A stretch of 64,000 nt of DNA from Tubulanus polymorphus (GCF_964204645.1 NC_134033.1:12470655-12534654), one strand, 5' to 3'. Shown: positions 51,325 through 64,000, numbered from the stretch's first letter. The notes: a model not told the origin generated them from the letters alone. Translations and numbers: made by a program.

Positions 51325-54300
51325 AGCGGTGACGACTCGCGTTCGACGCTGTTACGTAGAAACTCGCCCGGTTTCGAATTCGAATCCGAATCGTTGGAAC
51401 AGCTGGTCGTCGTGGTAGCGTCGCCTAGCGCGCCCGACGACGATTCGCTGCGTTCGATCGACGAATGACTGACGTACGACAAACGTTGCTCGTCGGCGGT
51501 GGCGCCCTCTGTAGTAGTGAAATTACTGTAGTTGGTCTGGTGCGGTATTTCGTCTAACGGACTGACGTCGTACACGCTGAGTACTGCGTCGAGTTGCTCC
51601 AACGATTTCCTCACATCTTCACTTCTGCGAAGAGAGAATAAGATTTACGAATAAAAAAAAAGAAGGCTATCAGGCAGCGCTATATGATTCATCCCTCTGC
51701 TTGTTATCAATTATCTCTCCCCGGAGAGAAATAACATCCGCGCTACGGCGTTATACGGAGTCATCTAGGCCAGATATCCAATTTCCAAAAAGTAACATCT
51801 TGCTACTCCTGAGTAATAATAGTAATAACTCGCTGCTACAGACTCGGAAGTCATCTATCCCCAGAAGTGCTCCTAGCGCAGGTATCGCAATCTCGTGCCT
51901 GGACCCCTCAAGACATTTGATACTTTATCACCATTCTTTCAATCTACGCGCGCCTAGGCTTCACATGCATTCATCCCGAACAATTTCAATTGAAAACGAA
52001 CAAGAAACACCAGAAATTAGACAATTTATCACCACGAAAAGTGATCGTCTAGGCCTAACATGTTTTCAGTACTTAACCCGAGACATTTCTAATTGAAATT
52101 GAACTAACACATGAATTACCAACACCAGACATTACACATTCAACCAGCACACTTTCTTAAAGTGATCGTACAAAATTCACCCCACAATGGAGAAAGGGAT
52201 GGTTACATGCTGATATCTGCATTGGTAGAGAACGACAGCAATAATGATACTGGGGGTGGAGGGATGGGGTGGGGCTAAGTGAGCTGCACATGGAGGCAAC
52301 TTCTATTCCGAGCCCTCTAATTACTGGTACTAAATACTGGTACTGAATACTGGTACTGAATAATGGTACATACCCTTCTAATGGCGACTGAAGATTCGAT
52401 GGTGATTTCGGTTCGGGGAATAATGCGTTACCGTCATCAACGGTAACCGTAGAATAATTCTCTAGCAACGACTCGGCTTCTAGGATCAGTTTGTCTAACT
52501 CATCAATTGATTTATTGATCTCTTCTTTCCTGGAAATATCGAGAAATCGAAAACAAATGAAAATGCATGGATTTCAACAGCATTAATATCAGTAAGTGCT
52601 GGAGATAATTTGGAAATTTAAAAAAATTTAATTCCCCAGTGTGTTGAATAACGGACATACCGTGCTATAGCGTGTCTACATCGCGGTGCAGTGTATCATT
52701 AGTTACTAATATTTCAGTATGTTTGACAGGCTCTACCATCTTTCATTAGATGTAAAAAATAATTACTAATAACATCAATACACGGCGATGCGGTGTACTG
52801 GCAAAGATCACCGGAGTTATACACCACACTGAAAGGGTTAACATATTCATGGCTGACTACAAGATGGCGCTGTATGATCAACATGGTAGCGAAGTTGTTA
52901 GATCAGCTATATATAGGACGGACATGGGATAAACTAGTCTTAAATCTAAGTCTAGACTGAGAACGGCTTATGTAATCCAGGTCACTGCTAGTGTAATCTA
53001 GGTCATCAGCGCATAATCGGAATTAATCTTTTTCAAATGAAACTGCTTCGGTGGTCCGAGAAAAAGAAGCGCATAAACTAGAACGGTAATCACAGCGCCT
53101 TCGTCCAGCGAGATCGTGAATTCCGCGTTTCCCCCTGCGGGTCGAAAATTTGTCGAGATATCATTTTGCGAACGTATCTCTCGAGAATACGAGGAGAACG
53201 GAGATTATTATGAAAACATCGATAGCCGTATGAAAGTCGCGCTAGGCTCCATTGCCATGGTAACAACCTTAAACGACAGATCGATAAAGAAGCTAATTGA
53301 TGATAGATTTTTTTTTTGTATCAGTCGTTAAGATCGTGTGGGTGTGCGCAAGCAAAATATGTCAGGCTCGTAGCAGAACAGATTTGGTAACGGTATATAG
53401 ATTCAATATAGATTCAACTGTTTCAGACAAGACTACCTCTAATTGTTGTAACTTTCACCAAAAAAAGTGACTTTAAAAATGATATTTTAATAAAAAATGA
53501 ACAAAATAATCATCCTGGTGATGAGGGTATTTTGATATTTTTGGGAGTAGCTGAACTGAAGAACTGAGTAACTGAAGAAGAATAGAAACTTCTCTCAAAT
53601 AGTAGTCATAGTCAGGTCTGCTGGGATTTGGGATGTCCGTGTTGTGACGATATATAGAGAATCCCACACTGATCTAACGAGAAAGATGAAGTCTGAAAAG
53701 TTTCGTTTAAGCTAATAAGTTATTGACTTGACATTTCGACTATATCCTCATAGTCGTCTTCATGAATGAAGATGAAAACTTCATGAACGTGACTATTGGG
53801 ATATAGTCGAAATGCCAAATCAATAACTTATTAGCTTAAACGAAACTTTTCGGACTTCATCTTTCATTACATTGGTGTGGGATTCTCTATATACAGTAAG
53901 CTTGAGATCTTAGAGCCATATAACTTGGTCTATTTATTTTGATGGAGCAGAATATTACCTCTACTGCCTTGCTACTAAGACGATGTCCTTCTAGTAGGGA
54001 ATACAAATGGAGACTGTCTTGAATAAAGAGGATATTACATATAAAATGTGTCACTTTGGAATCACTAACCAAATCTGTTAATTATACCATTATACCAATT
54101 AGCTTTGTCAGATGGGACAATGATGGGAACAATTTGCTTGTGAACCAGCTAACGGAAACAATTAGATTTAAGCTTTACCAAAAATAGCTATGAGCAATAA
54201 TGTCAAAATGCAAAAAATGTTGAAAAAATTGTTTAAAAAGATGCACTTTTAGATTGTCACAGGGAAATTGTCACAGCAAAAAAATATTGCAGGAAAAAAT

Positions 54301-57300
54301 GTCCTATTATTTCATTTTTTCACAACACATTACGAACAATTTGTACATTTTACAAATAACTCATCGCTCATTACAATAATATCCAATTCTTGTACAATTT
54401 TCACTTTTAAAAAGTGCATATAGTTTATGACTTAATTTCAAACATGGAATCTAAAACAAACTGATCGTTCCAATCATTTTAGAGTCCATGGCTTCACCAA
54501 GACAAAGATTTTGACCTATGTCTGTCAGATATTTTTCTGTCTGCAGATATTATTTCGAAACTATCACCTGCGTTTTAAATCGAATTCTTATGAACGCGAA
54601 TGCGTTTTTGTCACTTCTGTACCAGCGCCGCGCAACCTTGTATTTATCTTAAATTCCATACTCGGAATAAAATGTAATCGCATTTTTGGCAGAAAGAAAA
54701 GTGCTACAACGCATTAGATATAATAGTTTAGGACAACACGGGGGTATTCGCGATGCCGTGACATATTGCGAACGGTCTTAGACGAGGGTTTAACTTGTCA
54801 GTCGTATGATGGATAGATAGACAGTATCAGTATCGTCGTCTGCGCATCACGCGTCTATTGATTTTATAGCGAGCTGAAACCCCGATTTAACCCTTTACTC
54901 ACCAGACTCTAGGCGGCGGTGGTAGCAGTAAAACCGGGCTACCTCTCATTTTCATCTAGTCATATCGACGCGACGCGTAATCAACAGTAATCACGATTCG
55001 AAAATGAAACTTTCCGACTTTCTTCGGCCGCGAGTACTGGCGACTAATTTCCGCCCGGATGAAAATCTTTAAGCCACGCATTCAATAACAGAATAACGGG
55101 CAACTTAATTCCGTATCAACTACGCGAAATCCTTGGCAACTTGTACAGTTCTAAATCCACCAATTGTTGTTAATAAGAAATATGCACAGTGACTTGCAAA
55201 CCTATGGTACCACCGACAGGGCTGGCACAGTAGGTTCTGGAAGCTCCACTTCAACTACGAGAAATTCTTTGCAACTGTTGGCAACTTTCATAGATCTACA
55301 TACGCCAAATGTTGATAAGAAATACGACTCTCACACCAATAGATTCCCAATATAATTCGACTATGGACGCGTACTGCAAGTTACGACAGCGAGCACAGAT
55401 TCTATTATGTCCTGTTATTCAACTAGCAGCAACCACCACAGTGAACTAGTAGAAACCATCAGCAATTACGGGAAACTTTTTAATCCACGCTGCTTCAGCA
55501 GCGCGTTGTCTGCATCGAATCCGACTAACGCGAATGCAATAACTGACAATATCGCGAGCTACTGTCGGTACTCCGAGACTTACGTACGACGATAGCAAAT
55601 ATGAAATGAGTTGCGACTGCAGCATCAAGACCCGACGAGCAGCACTAACACATATTAACATACACAAAAGTATCATTCTAATATTGCACGTCAAATATAG
55701 AGGAGTTTCTGCGAACGATTCTCGACTGAGATTAACTCTCTTTTTTTTGGTTCTACCCTTCGTCGTCAGTCGTCGTGTTGAAACAAAGTCAATATCATCA
55801 ACATCGCCCAACGAACAACGTATCGCGCTTAAAAAACCCTCGACGTCAGTCTTTGGTAATTGCGTTTGTATGAACTCGCTATATACAATAGCATGAATCA
55901 TAAAATTGTACATCGGGCGTTTCGACTGAGAATTCGTTATTAGATTTCGATATCTAATGAACGGAATTCCGTACTATGATTAACACCTCGGCGTAAAGAC
56001 TCGCGTAATTGTCGCGAGAGATACTGGCTTCGAGTATCTCTCAGATTCGCTTTTTCTCAAATGAAAAGATGAACTACATTTAACTGTCAGTTTTCTATTC
56101 TGAGTGATAAGAACTGCTATGAACTGTAAGTCTATACGTCCCATGAGTTTTAACTGTCGAGTGTCTCTTCAGTTTTATAAAGAGAACTGATCTATAACAC
56201 TGTTTTTCAACTATTGACCAACTCATTATTAGATCGATGATTTTTGTAGCTTTCAAATATCACTCAAGTTTTCTATTTTGAGCGAAGAGAACTGCTCTAT
56301 GAGGCTGTGGCTTCAACATTAAGTACTGAAGAGTTGTAATAGGCCTTTAACTGCCATCTACCAGTTGAAAATGTTCTATATCCATTTCAACTATAGGCCT
56401 AATTATTTCTATCTATATATATATACACTTCAGTATAAGAATGATTATTTGTAACTGTTAAATATCTCTAAGTTTTCTATTTGGAATGAAGAGAACTGCT
56501 CAATACAAGACGGTGGCTTCAACTAATAAAGTAAAACCTCTTCAAGTTTAAGACCGCGATAACCTCGGTATATAAGACCGTCAAATTTGTGCATGAAAAA
56601 CAATGATACCGCTGCTCATACTGCGATATAAATTGTAAACGGAAATTCCAATTGAATTCCTGATGGTGAATTTTTTCCATTAATTTTCTAGCTGAATAAC
56701 TATCGTTTCTGCGCGATGCACGGAGCTTAATCGAGACCTGGTCTTTGTTATGTTAATACCGATTTCCTATGTTTCCTGAGTCAACCTGCTGTCTAATGAT
56801 TAATTGATTGATGACCATTTCATTCACTATTCAGTTCTTCTATAAGATCCGAACACTTTTACTAATCCGATGCAACTGCTGCAATTCCAGCCTCGTGAAG
56901 TGGTCTTAAATCCTAAGATTGGTCTTAGGTTTCTAGATTGGTTATAAACGTAACCAAGATGGTCTTAGACTGGTTTTAAGTTAAGCTTCAACTATGAAAC
57001 CGGCCCCAGGGGCTATTTACAATGGTTGGGACCACATATTATCCTCTCCCCATTATTTTTGAACCAAACAGACAGGTTTGAACTTTTCAGCAAATGGCTT
57101 CAGTTTTACAGATAAAATGGGCTTTAATTTCAAGGTTTTTAAGGGTCGACAAACCAAGCCCATTAAGCCCAGACTAAGTCTGTTTGGTCTTCAAGACCAA
57201 ACAGGCTAAAATTCGTCACAAGCCTGCTATGATATTTTTGTCGGACCAAAAACAGACACTGAGACCCATTTTACAACGGCGAGAGTGACCCGGGCCTTAT

Positions 57301-60300
57301 CGGATATTGGCCCGGGCCTTATCTGATATTGGCCCGGGCCTCATCCAGCACAGGTCAAAAACGCTAGCGCGATATTCGGAATTTTTTTCTTGCCAGTAAT
57401 TTCGCTGTTATGACTGTAATACGACAGATATATACAACGAATCTGGTTGTTTTTTAAAAGTCAGAACAGTTATCTTTACGGCGGCCGCTCGAGAGAGAGT
57501 CAAATACCCAACGCTAATTGACGTCGAAATTGCCGATAATTAAATCTCGTCAATTATTTACGTCAATTACGCAAGCGGGCCTATACTAGGATATACTAGG
57601 ATATAATTGATTATGATCTACTGCTTTATTACGAGCACGCGTATATATATATATATATATACAGAGTTTTGACAGAAGAAAAAAACCCGGAACCAGAGAG
57701 AGACGAACCCTCGATGTCGATGATCATTTTTAACGCCCTTTTTAAATGAAAAATGTATATCCAGTACACGCAGCCTAGATGGAATTTATTTTTTTTTTGG
57801 TGAATTTTTCCGGCTTGACTACAAAGCTTACAAAACTGGTGGCGCTGGGCGAGAATTGTTCACGGTATGCTTTGGATTCGGTGGGATACCCCGAAATGAC
57901 CCGGTTAGCGTTATACGGCTAGCTAGAAAATTGGCACACCTGAATCAAGGGCAGATACAGGGGGACTTGTGAGACTTGTAGGAAGGTGCATCAAATTTTT
58001 GGAATGCCCTTATCTATTTTGTCAACAAACAAAATTGTTGCATTTCATTGATATTGCCGATTTGGACATCGAAGTGCCTTTTAAGACTGGTCTCAAGTTG
58101 TTCGATCGGCTATAGAACTAAGATAGTATTAGACTGGTCTTAAGTCTAAGTCATTACTGTGTTAGCACTCCGTGCAAAGGATCACAATCTCAATTCTAAA
58201 ACGTAATCCAGTAAAGTCAATGTCTGTACACTTCCCTGTATTGCCGACAGCTTTCTAGGCACACAGTGAACTGATTAGTAAGTCTTAGTCAGAAAGTCAG
58301 CAAAGCTGAATTATTCACCACACAGGGCGGATTCGAAATGAGAAAATAATTACATTTAGAAACACAAACTGGAACTTTGAATGATATCTGTCTGGACGAT
58401 GCATGATATGAGTTCAGTAAGGTTAAGCAATTAGATATCTTGATAATGGATTAAAATCATAGGCAGAAAAACTGATTCAGATTCACATTTTGAGGTTTCA
58501 CATTATTGGTTAAAATCAAATTTGAATCAGGGATTGAGCTGATCGAATTTCAATCAAATTACTTCATTAGTAATTTCTGATTACTTTGATTGCAGAAAGT
58601 CGAATTAAGAATTCACAACTGTGTAATTACACAACACGGTCCTTCACAAATTCAGAGGCTTGCATTAAGACTGGAAGAGAATATAAGCATAAAACCTAAC
58701 AGGGGGATCTTACGAGACCCTAAAAATTGCAAGCGCTCCTTATAAAAGTACCTTGTCAGAAAGGGAACAATTCAGTTGAAGAAAATAGAAATGGCAGCCG
58801 TATAGATTACTGGTAACTATTTTCGTCTTATGTTCACTGTTGGATTTACCCTGCCCTGAAAAAACTTTTTGAATCTTACGAGACCCTAAAATTATGAAGT
58901 GCCCCTCTGGTATAAAGATAGTTCATCGGAAAGGGTAAAATTGAGTTGAAGAAAGATCAACCGATATAGAAATGGCGGCCCTATAGACGAAGCATTTTTA
59001 TGTCTGGCGCTCACAGCTGCCATTATCTTCTCGATTTTCCCGGCCCAGAAAAAAACTTACCAAGACCCTCAGCCTTTGCCCCTAAAAACATCTCCCCTCC
59101 CCATCCTACCTTAGAATAGTAAAAATCCTCTCTGATAACCCGACGGATGCGTATAGACTCGTAAACCTGACTGAGAATGAATGAAGTGGTGCAGTTGTAC
59201 ACAACAGTTCGTTCTCCTCATCAATAGGAAAAAAACACTCGCAGAAGAGTTTTTCCTTAAAGGCCAAAAATCGCAATTATCGGTTTTACACAAAATCATG
59301 ATCAAGTCTGATCAATTTTATGTCAATTCTATCGATGAACGCTTAAGCAAACCGCCAGCTGAATTGAGGAGTTCTTGTGGAATAATACTAGGGTTTATAC
59401 TAGAAATCAAGGCTCATAGTGCAGACTTTTTAAGCGTGGGTCCGAACCTCTGCAAATCAGTGCCATATTCAAAAGAAGCTAGGCATTTTTCTAAAATCTA
59501 TCCATTCCCGAATTGAATTTCCTGCCACTTTGAAAATTTACAGTGCATAAAATCTACAGGCATGAAATCTATGTAAGGTTCGGGAATTTTGAATTCCAAG
59601 TGATAAATCCAAGCATCATGCTTTGAAAATTGAGTTTACAACTTCCTTAGTGACTGTCCTGACATCTCAAACAACAAGACTTGTCTTATACAGGGTGGCG
59701 CCACTTTCCACCAATCTACAAATTCCCTGAGTCTTCCAGGTCAGTGGCCGCCCTGTTATATGGCTTTGGTGCTAAAAGGAAAACTGCCCAAAAAGGAAAA
59801 CATCTTCAAACTTTCGATATATACGTCTCAAATAAGGCCCTTTAAGTCTCAAATCCGAATCCTTGATCCTCATTAGGAGTAAAACTCACCAACTTGTTTC
59901 GCCTTGCGGTTAAAAACGTGGATGACTCAACTCTTAGAAACAGGTCTGTTTACCCTGGCTTACATAATAACATCCCCTGGGGATGTTAGAAAAAAATCAA
60001 CAACAACACCAAACTATCTCTCTCTAAGCAGACTGAAGCCCGGAATTCGGCCTAAATCTTAAATTACGCCCGCACGCATCAAATTAACATAAATACACAG
60101 CCGAGTAGAAAGAATTCATTTCGCGACTTTAAAAATAGGTCGCATCATTCAGGATTATCTTTCGCATTTTCTTTCAACAACGGATCGGATCAAATGCGAT
60201 CTCGATTTCAGCCGTGATTCAAACTCTGAATGACGAAAGAATGGAAAGAATGATAAACGAATATATAAACTATGCCACACTTGAAAAATTCCTGCCATGA

Positions 60301-61505
60301 ATATACCTCTCGAGTGACAGGACTCTGAGAGCGCTTCACATGTCACTTGAAGGAAACTTGAATTTTGAAGAATACCTGGCATTCTTCCTGCATGTAGATC
60401 AATGCCATTAGCAGCAAGGACAATGGACAAAAGTAGTTCATTCTCAATGCCCAATTGCACGGCCAAGGCTAGATTTAACACTAGTCTAAACCGATCTTGG
60501 TTCTGGGCATAGGCGAGACTTAAGTCCAAAAGTGGTCTTACAAGATCTGGTCTTAAGTTGTTAGATTGTTTATAGAACCAATATGGTCTAAGACTCAACT
60601 TCAATCTAAGTCATGATTGTAATCATTAATTTGCGACCAGTCTCAGACCACCATAGTTCTATAACCGATTTAGGACCACTTTTGGAACAAGCCCCACCAG
60701 GTTGGCCAGTTCCATCAATGTCTTAGACTTAAGACCATCACGTTGCTCAATAGCCAATCTAACAACTTAAGATCGGTCTTAAGATTTAAGACCACATTTG
60801 GTCTAAATCACGACTATTCCAATCGATAAAGTATGAAGACATAAGATACTTATCATTTGATTAAAAAAAAATGTCGATATCACGTTATTGAGTATAGAAA
60901 CACAGTCGAGAATGAGCAATGGATTTAGGAAGCACTTCGCGTGTGACCAGACAATAGTTGAACAGTTACACTACAGACATATACACACAACACGCCTGCC
61001 GATAATACAGATCAGTTCCCTTAGATAAATGGTTACTAGGCAACCAACAGCATCCTCGACACACGCACTCTCTCCGCGCGCTGCGTGTCTAAGCAGTCAG
61101 CTAGACTGAAAGGACAGACACATGCGAGTGTGTGATGACGAAGGCTATTAACGTTAACCAGAAGATATGAGACATTTCCCCAGTCAGGCTCCCTACAGAT
61201 CAATCATTCCTGGATATAAGGAAGTTTAAATGAGTTTTAAAGTAGAAAATTTCAGATTTCGAGGAAGCGTCTGCATCACTTACATGTCTCAATTACAGTA
61301 GACTCCTCCTAAATCAGTACTGTTTATCTCGGTAAACCATTAATTCGGTGGTTTCGTAAACATATTTTTACCCCTTACACTACCTAAACTGTATCCATTT
61401 AGGGGTAGTTAACTGCGCAACTACAAACTAGACAAAAGTTTTTAAGGAATCAAGGAGGCCCGGCCAAGCAGAAGCCGGATTCACTTACCTCTGCCTGTTT
61501 TCCAT
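43058..61505 (-). CDS. Espin-like actin-binding/bundling protein (Pro-rich, WH2, C-terminal espin-type module), about 1429 aa if the 61505 ATG is used
   Basis: Exons 52529-52374, 51624-50843, 50466-50180, 49600-47530, 47043-46873, 46699-46592, 44846-44682, 44600-44391, 44170-44067, 43741-43637, 43171-43058 are AG/GT bounded and phase-consistent. WH2 AILQGLANIRLKKV. C-terminus has PQWKKQMIEKK, PTWKRNLMEKK and EEEARLQAMPEWKRNIILKK, like the espin actin-bundling module (PEWKRQVM, EEEARLASMPAWRR, PWQRQVILKK). The 5' end is uncertain. Confidence 0.78.
43637..43741 (-). CDS. espin-like exon (second W motif)
   Basis: ttctag|ADRNERMAEEAKWQTVPTWKRNLMEKKEQKKKQEL|gtaagt. Confidence 0.87.
44067..44170 (-). 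CDS. espin-like exon (first W motif)
   Basis: tttcag|AT ... CPQWKKQMIEKKNKDLIDKYM|gtacgt. Confidence 0.85.
44391..44600 (-). CDS. espin-like exon (polyproline)
   Basis: ttttag|GT ... ATC G|gtaagg. Confidence 0.82.
44682..44846 (-). CDS. espin-like exon (DLPDAPPP..DFPSPP)
   Basis: ttacag|AT ... GAA G|gtaata. Confidence 0.78.
44905..45353. repeat. 25-bp minisatellite, about 18 copies
   Basis: Unit CAACTG(C/T)GTGGCTA(T/C)ATACCACTGA, head-to-tail. Confidence 0.95.
46592..46699 (-). CDS. espin-like exon (SELAGMLAARLRR)
   Basis: ttacag|AT ... ATA G|gtacga. Confidence 0.8.
46873..47043 (-). CDS. espin-like exon with two SPELPVV(R/K)LKRV motifs
   Basis: ttcaag|GA ... CCT G|gtaagt. Confidence 0.82.
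47217..47358. mobile_element. About 140-bp MITE family (GGG(G/C)CYRGTTCC.. termini)
   Basis: Terminal inverted repeats GGGGCTGGTTCC / GGAACTGGGCCCC; related copies at about 15091-15210, 47366-47460, 56884-57007, 58080-58160, 60505-60620, 60703-60815, 61684-61788. Confidence 0.7.
47530..49600 (-). CDS. espin-like 2071-nt exon (disordered, octapeptide repeats, WH2)
   Basis: tttcag|AGT ... CAA G|gttagt; 698-aa ORF. Confidence 0.9.
47966..48205 (-). repeat. Coding 24-bp tandem repeat, 10 copies (RHSSNDPM)
   Basis: Visible in DNA and translation. Confidence 0.9.
50180..50466 (-). CDS. espin-like exon (DFPPPPP, PPAIPKR)
   Basis: tgcag|AA ... TCA|gtaagt. Confidence 0.85.
50605..50656 (-). ncRNA. 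Minimal type I hammerhead ribozyme motif
   Basis: ATTTGTACGC CTGATGA T GGCTAA TAGTCT TTAGCC GAAA TG TT GCGCAAAT; helix I ATTTG..CGC pairs with GCG-CAAAT. Confidence 0.65.
50661..50707 (+). ncRNA. Minimal hammerhead ribozyme motif (weaker helix I)
   Basis: TACAC CTGATGA T GGCTAA TAGTCT TTAGCC GAAA CG TT GCGCAAAT. Confidence 0.55.
50843..51624 (-). CDS. espin-like exon (Ser-rich, poly-Gln)
   Basis: cgcag|A ... CCA G|gtgaat; overlaps the 279-aa ORF. Confidence 0.85.
52374..52529 (-). CDS. espin-like exon
   Basis: ttccag|G KEEINKSIDELDKLILEAESLLEN..SPLE GG|gtatgt. Confidence 0.75.
53651..53893. mobile_element. Fold-back Penelope-like repeat with degenerate hammerhead motifs
   Basis: About 105-bp inverted arms ending TGTGGGATTCTCTATATA; GACTAT..ATAGTC GAAATG helix II as at 35.6 kb. 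Confidence 0.65.
56060..56525. repeat. Degenerate tandem repeat (about 90-200 bp period)
   Basis: AGTTTTCTATT..GAAGAGAACTGCT..TGGCTTCAAC recurs. Confidence 0.55.
58708..58988. repeat. Diverged direct duplication (about 165-bp period)
   Basis: ATCTTACGAGACCCTAAAA..AGTTGAAGAAA..TAGAAATGGC twice. Confidence 0.6.
61489..61505 (-). CDS. Candidate start exon of espin-like gene (MENRQ R; exon 61489-61550)
   Basis: ttttcag acceptor, gtcATGG context, AG|gtaagt donor in phase 2 matching exon 52529; in-frame TAG upstream. Confidence 0.4.
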
Positions 61506-64000
61506 GACCAGCCACTAGAGGGCTTCGTTAAACTTCCATGGTTAAGCATCCTGAAAAGATATAAGGTTAATACGTAATTTGAAAATTTGCTTTATTCTAA
61601 ATTTGTTTAGTTTGTAACTGTTTTAAGTTTTATTACATTATTTGAATCACATCTGATCACTTCAATCATAGTCTCTTCGTTCTGGGGCTAGTTCCATAAT
61701 CGAGTCCAAACGTAGTCTAAATCTGGCTATTGAATTATGGTCTCAGAGCAGTCTTCATTCTAAGCCATGGCTATGGAACCAGCCCCCCAGCGAATGTGTC
61801 AACCAGGGATGCGCCTGTTCAGAGGAAGTTTTGATCGTTCTTAATCCGAAAACAGAAAGTTAAAAATGACCTAGCTCCCGGTGGTCTTTTAATGATTTTG
61901 AATTTTAGACAGTTGGAATCATTTCCTCTAACTGACAGCACCAGGATTATATCTGTCTAAGATAGATCTGATGTATATCGATCGCCAGTCTAAAATAAAG
62001 ATCTGCCCTTTACACCAACGTTACGAATTACATCTCCAGGGTTAATGCAGATTTTCAGAAAACCAGGCTAGTGTTTGCCAACATGGAGAAAGCTATTGCA
62101 TGTGTTTTTTTTTCTACTAACTTTCAGAAAGTCAGGCTATCGCAGGTGTGCACACTGAGAAAGCGAAGAGTACAGATTATCGGTAAGTCTGGCTATTGCA
62201 GGTGTGCACACTTTCAGGAAGTCTGGTTTTTGCGGATAAAGTACTGAACGCTTTACCCGCAATCAAAAAGTTAGGTTGAGGCTTGCTATTCCTCACTTGC
62301 TGGGAGAGACAAATGTTGCAGATACTGAGAATTGGAAGTTAGACTGTATTTGCCATATAAGGCAGTATGGTTAAGATTTCTTTATACCCAACAAGCTAAA
62401 GACTCAATCCTAAAAGCCTCGAGCCTTCCTAATAATGCACAAAATATGACTAAGATTTCCGGGGCAGGAGCCTTTACTTTTCTGTTTGAGTCTCCAGTAA
62501 GCCTACTCAGCTTATCAGAGATACAAATCAGTGGTACCAGTGGATCTATTGACCCTGCCAATCCTGTACCCAGAATATAACCGTAAACAATGGTTCAACT
62601 ACTAAACTACCATTCCCTAGGCACACTACTATCGCCAAAATTTTGAATAACAAATTCGAACAACACAATATTAAAAATGCAGATTAAAACTGCTAAAATA
62701 TTGAATCCTCGCAAGAGATGCGATTAAACTCGTGGATATTCCATCGCAAAAATACCGTGTACATACTTTACTGTCTCTGCGGTGAACATGCGCCGATTCT
62801 AGCCTTCCAAATACCGGTATATCCCGCGTAAAATCCTATTAAACTCGAGAATTTAAACGCGTTCCGAAACGTTGACGTTTAAAGCCGGTACGTTTTAAAT
62901 CGAGAACGAACGAAGCCCTCCACGTTTCTCTTCCTTCCGCGCGCGTAGAACACCGGTGTTTTTTGTGTATAAGTCGAGACTCTCGCGATCGAAGGGAAAT
63001 TTCATCGATGATTCATCGCGATATGAGTACGAGGGGAAACAAACCGGCGTTGTGTTTTATCACGGCTTATAATCACATCCTCGTATCACACGAGATCTAC
63101 AATACTACTGCACTATAACGACCATCACACGCTTCCACAGTAGAACGGTCGTAAAGGCGAAACGAACTGCTTCCACATTCAATCCACGCCGGGAATATTT
63201 TCTCTTTTCCGCAATCCCGACGGATTCCCGATATTCCGATACTAAAATCTCATTTTTTTAAACGGCTTTCGAACTTCTTAAATATTTGATAATCCGGTCT
63301 CGGAATGTTTCACTAATTGCGTCTGAATCCGATGACACCGACTCCACACGACATTGAAAAAAATTGTTCATATATGACACCGATGTCTATCCTCGAAAAG
63401 ATGTTTACTCAAAATGTTAATCGAGACGCAGATCAGCTCCACAATTTTTGGTCGCGTTAACTCAAACACTTTATAACACAGACTGTGAAGTCAAATTCAA
63501 CTCACTACTATAAAATCCACTTGAACTCAAATATAACTCACAACTGTAATTTGAATTGAACTCACAACTGTTTAGTAGAAGTTAATTCGTAACTGTCGAG
63601 TGGAATTTAACTTTAAAAACGAACTATTTTCTCTAAAATACCCGTGCACGAGATTTTCTACACATCCAGAACCATCGGTGATAAACAGCAGCAATGACTA
63701 TAAAAGGGAGTTGTTATACGCTGGATACATATAGCCTACACTCATAGATATAAACGTACGTATATAAAATCATTGCTTTGATGGGAGTTTATTTCTGGAG
63801 GGCTTTGAAATTAGATCAATTACGTATTAGACACGTTTTCCTGCGGTACGCGGCAGTGAGAGTCTGTAGACGTTTTGATAAAAAATCGAACATCAAGGCT
63901 TCGTGATTAGATAAATAAAACGAGGCAACATTGTCATCAGGATCTGAATCCACCGGCATTAGTGACAACAGGAGTCCATTGTTCACACTACTGTGGCAAT

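Noticed and set aside
51235-51468. Poly-Cys protein
   Set aside because: Antisense reading of the poly-Gln CAG tract
60155-60604. 149-aa ORF
   Set aside because: Starts inside a MITE copy, non-ATG start, no recognisable domain

Overview
Intron-rich, AT-rich animal DNA, probably from a marine invertebrate (lineage is an inference); it is not prokaryotic. I assembled three spliced genes by hand from GT-AG junctions with consistent phases. (1) Anosmin-1/KAL1 on +: 11 exons at 14016-25300 encoding the end of the Cys-box, a WAP domain, four FnIII domains and an extra hydrophobic C-terminal tail; its 5' exons were not found. (2) A complete GTF2F2 (TFIIF beta/RAP30) on -: 7 exons at 30461-34189, 248 aa. 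(3) A large espin-like actin regulator on -: exons at 43058-52529 plus a candidate start exon at 61489-61505, about 1430 aa. Anosmin introns host two intron-containing tRNA-Tyr(GTA) genes and a tRNA-Leu(AAG). Two non-coding systems stand out. One is a complete 412-bp non-autonomous LTR element in a GTF2F2 intron, with tRNA-like LTRs, a tRNA-Pro PBS, a PPT and a 4-bp TSD (Helenus/Cassandra-type TRIM). The other is a dispersed family of fold-back elements built around minimal hammerhead-ribozyme motifs of the Penelope type. Several MITE families, a nested MITE pair, a MITE-derived satellite and minisatellites are also present.
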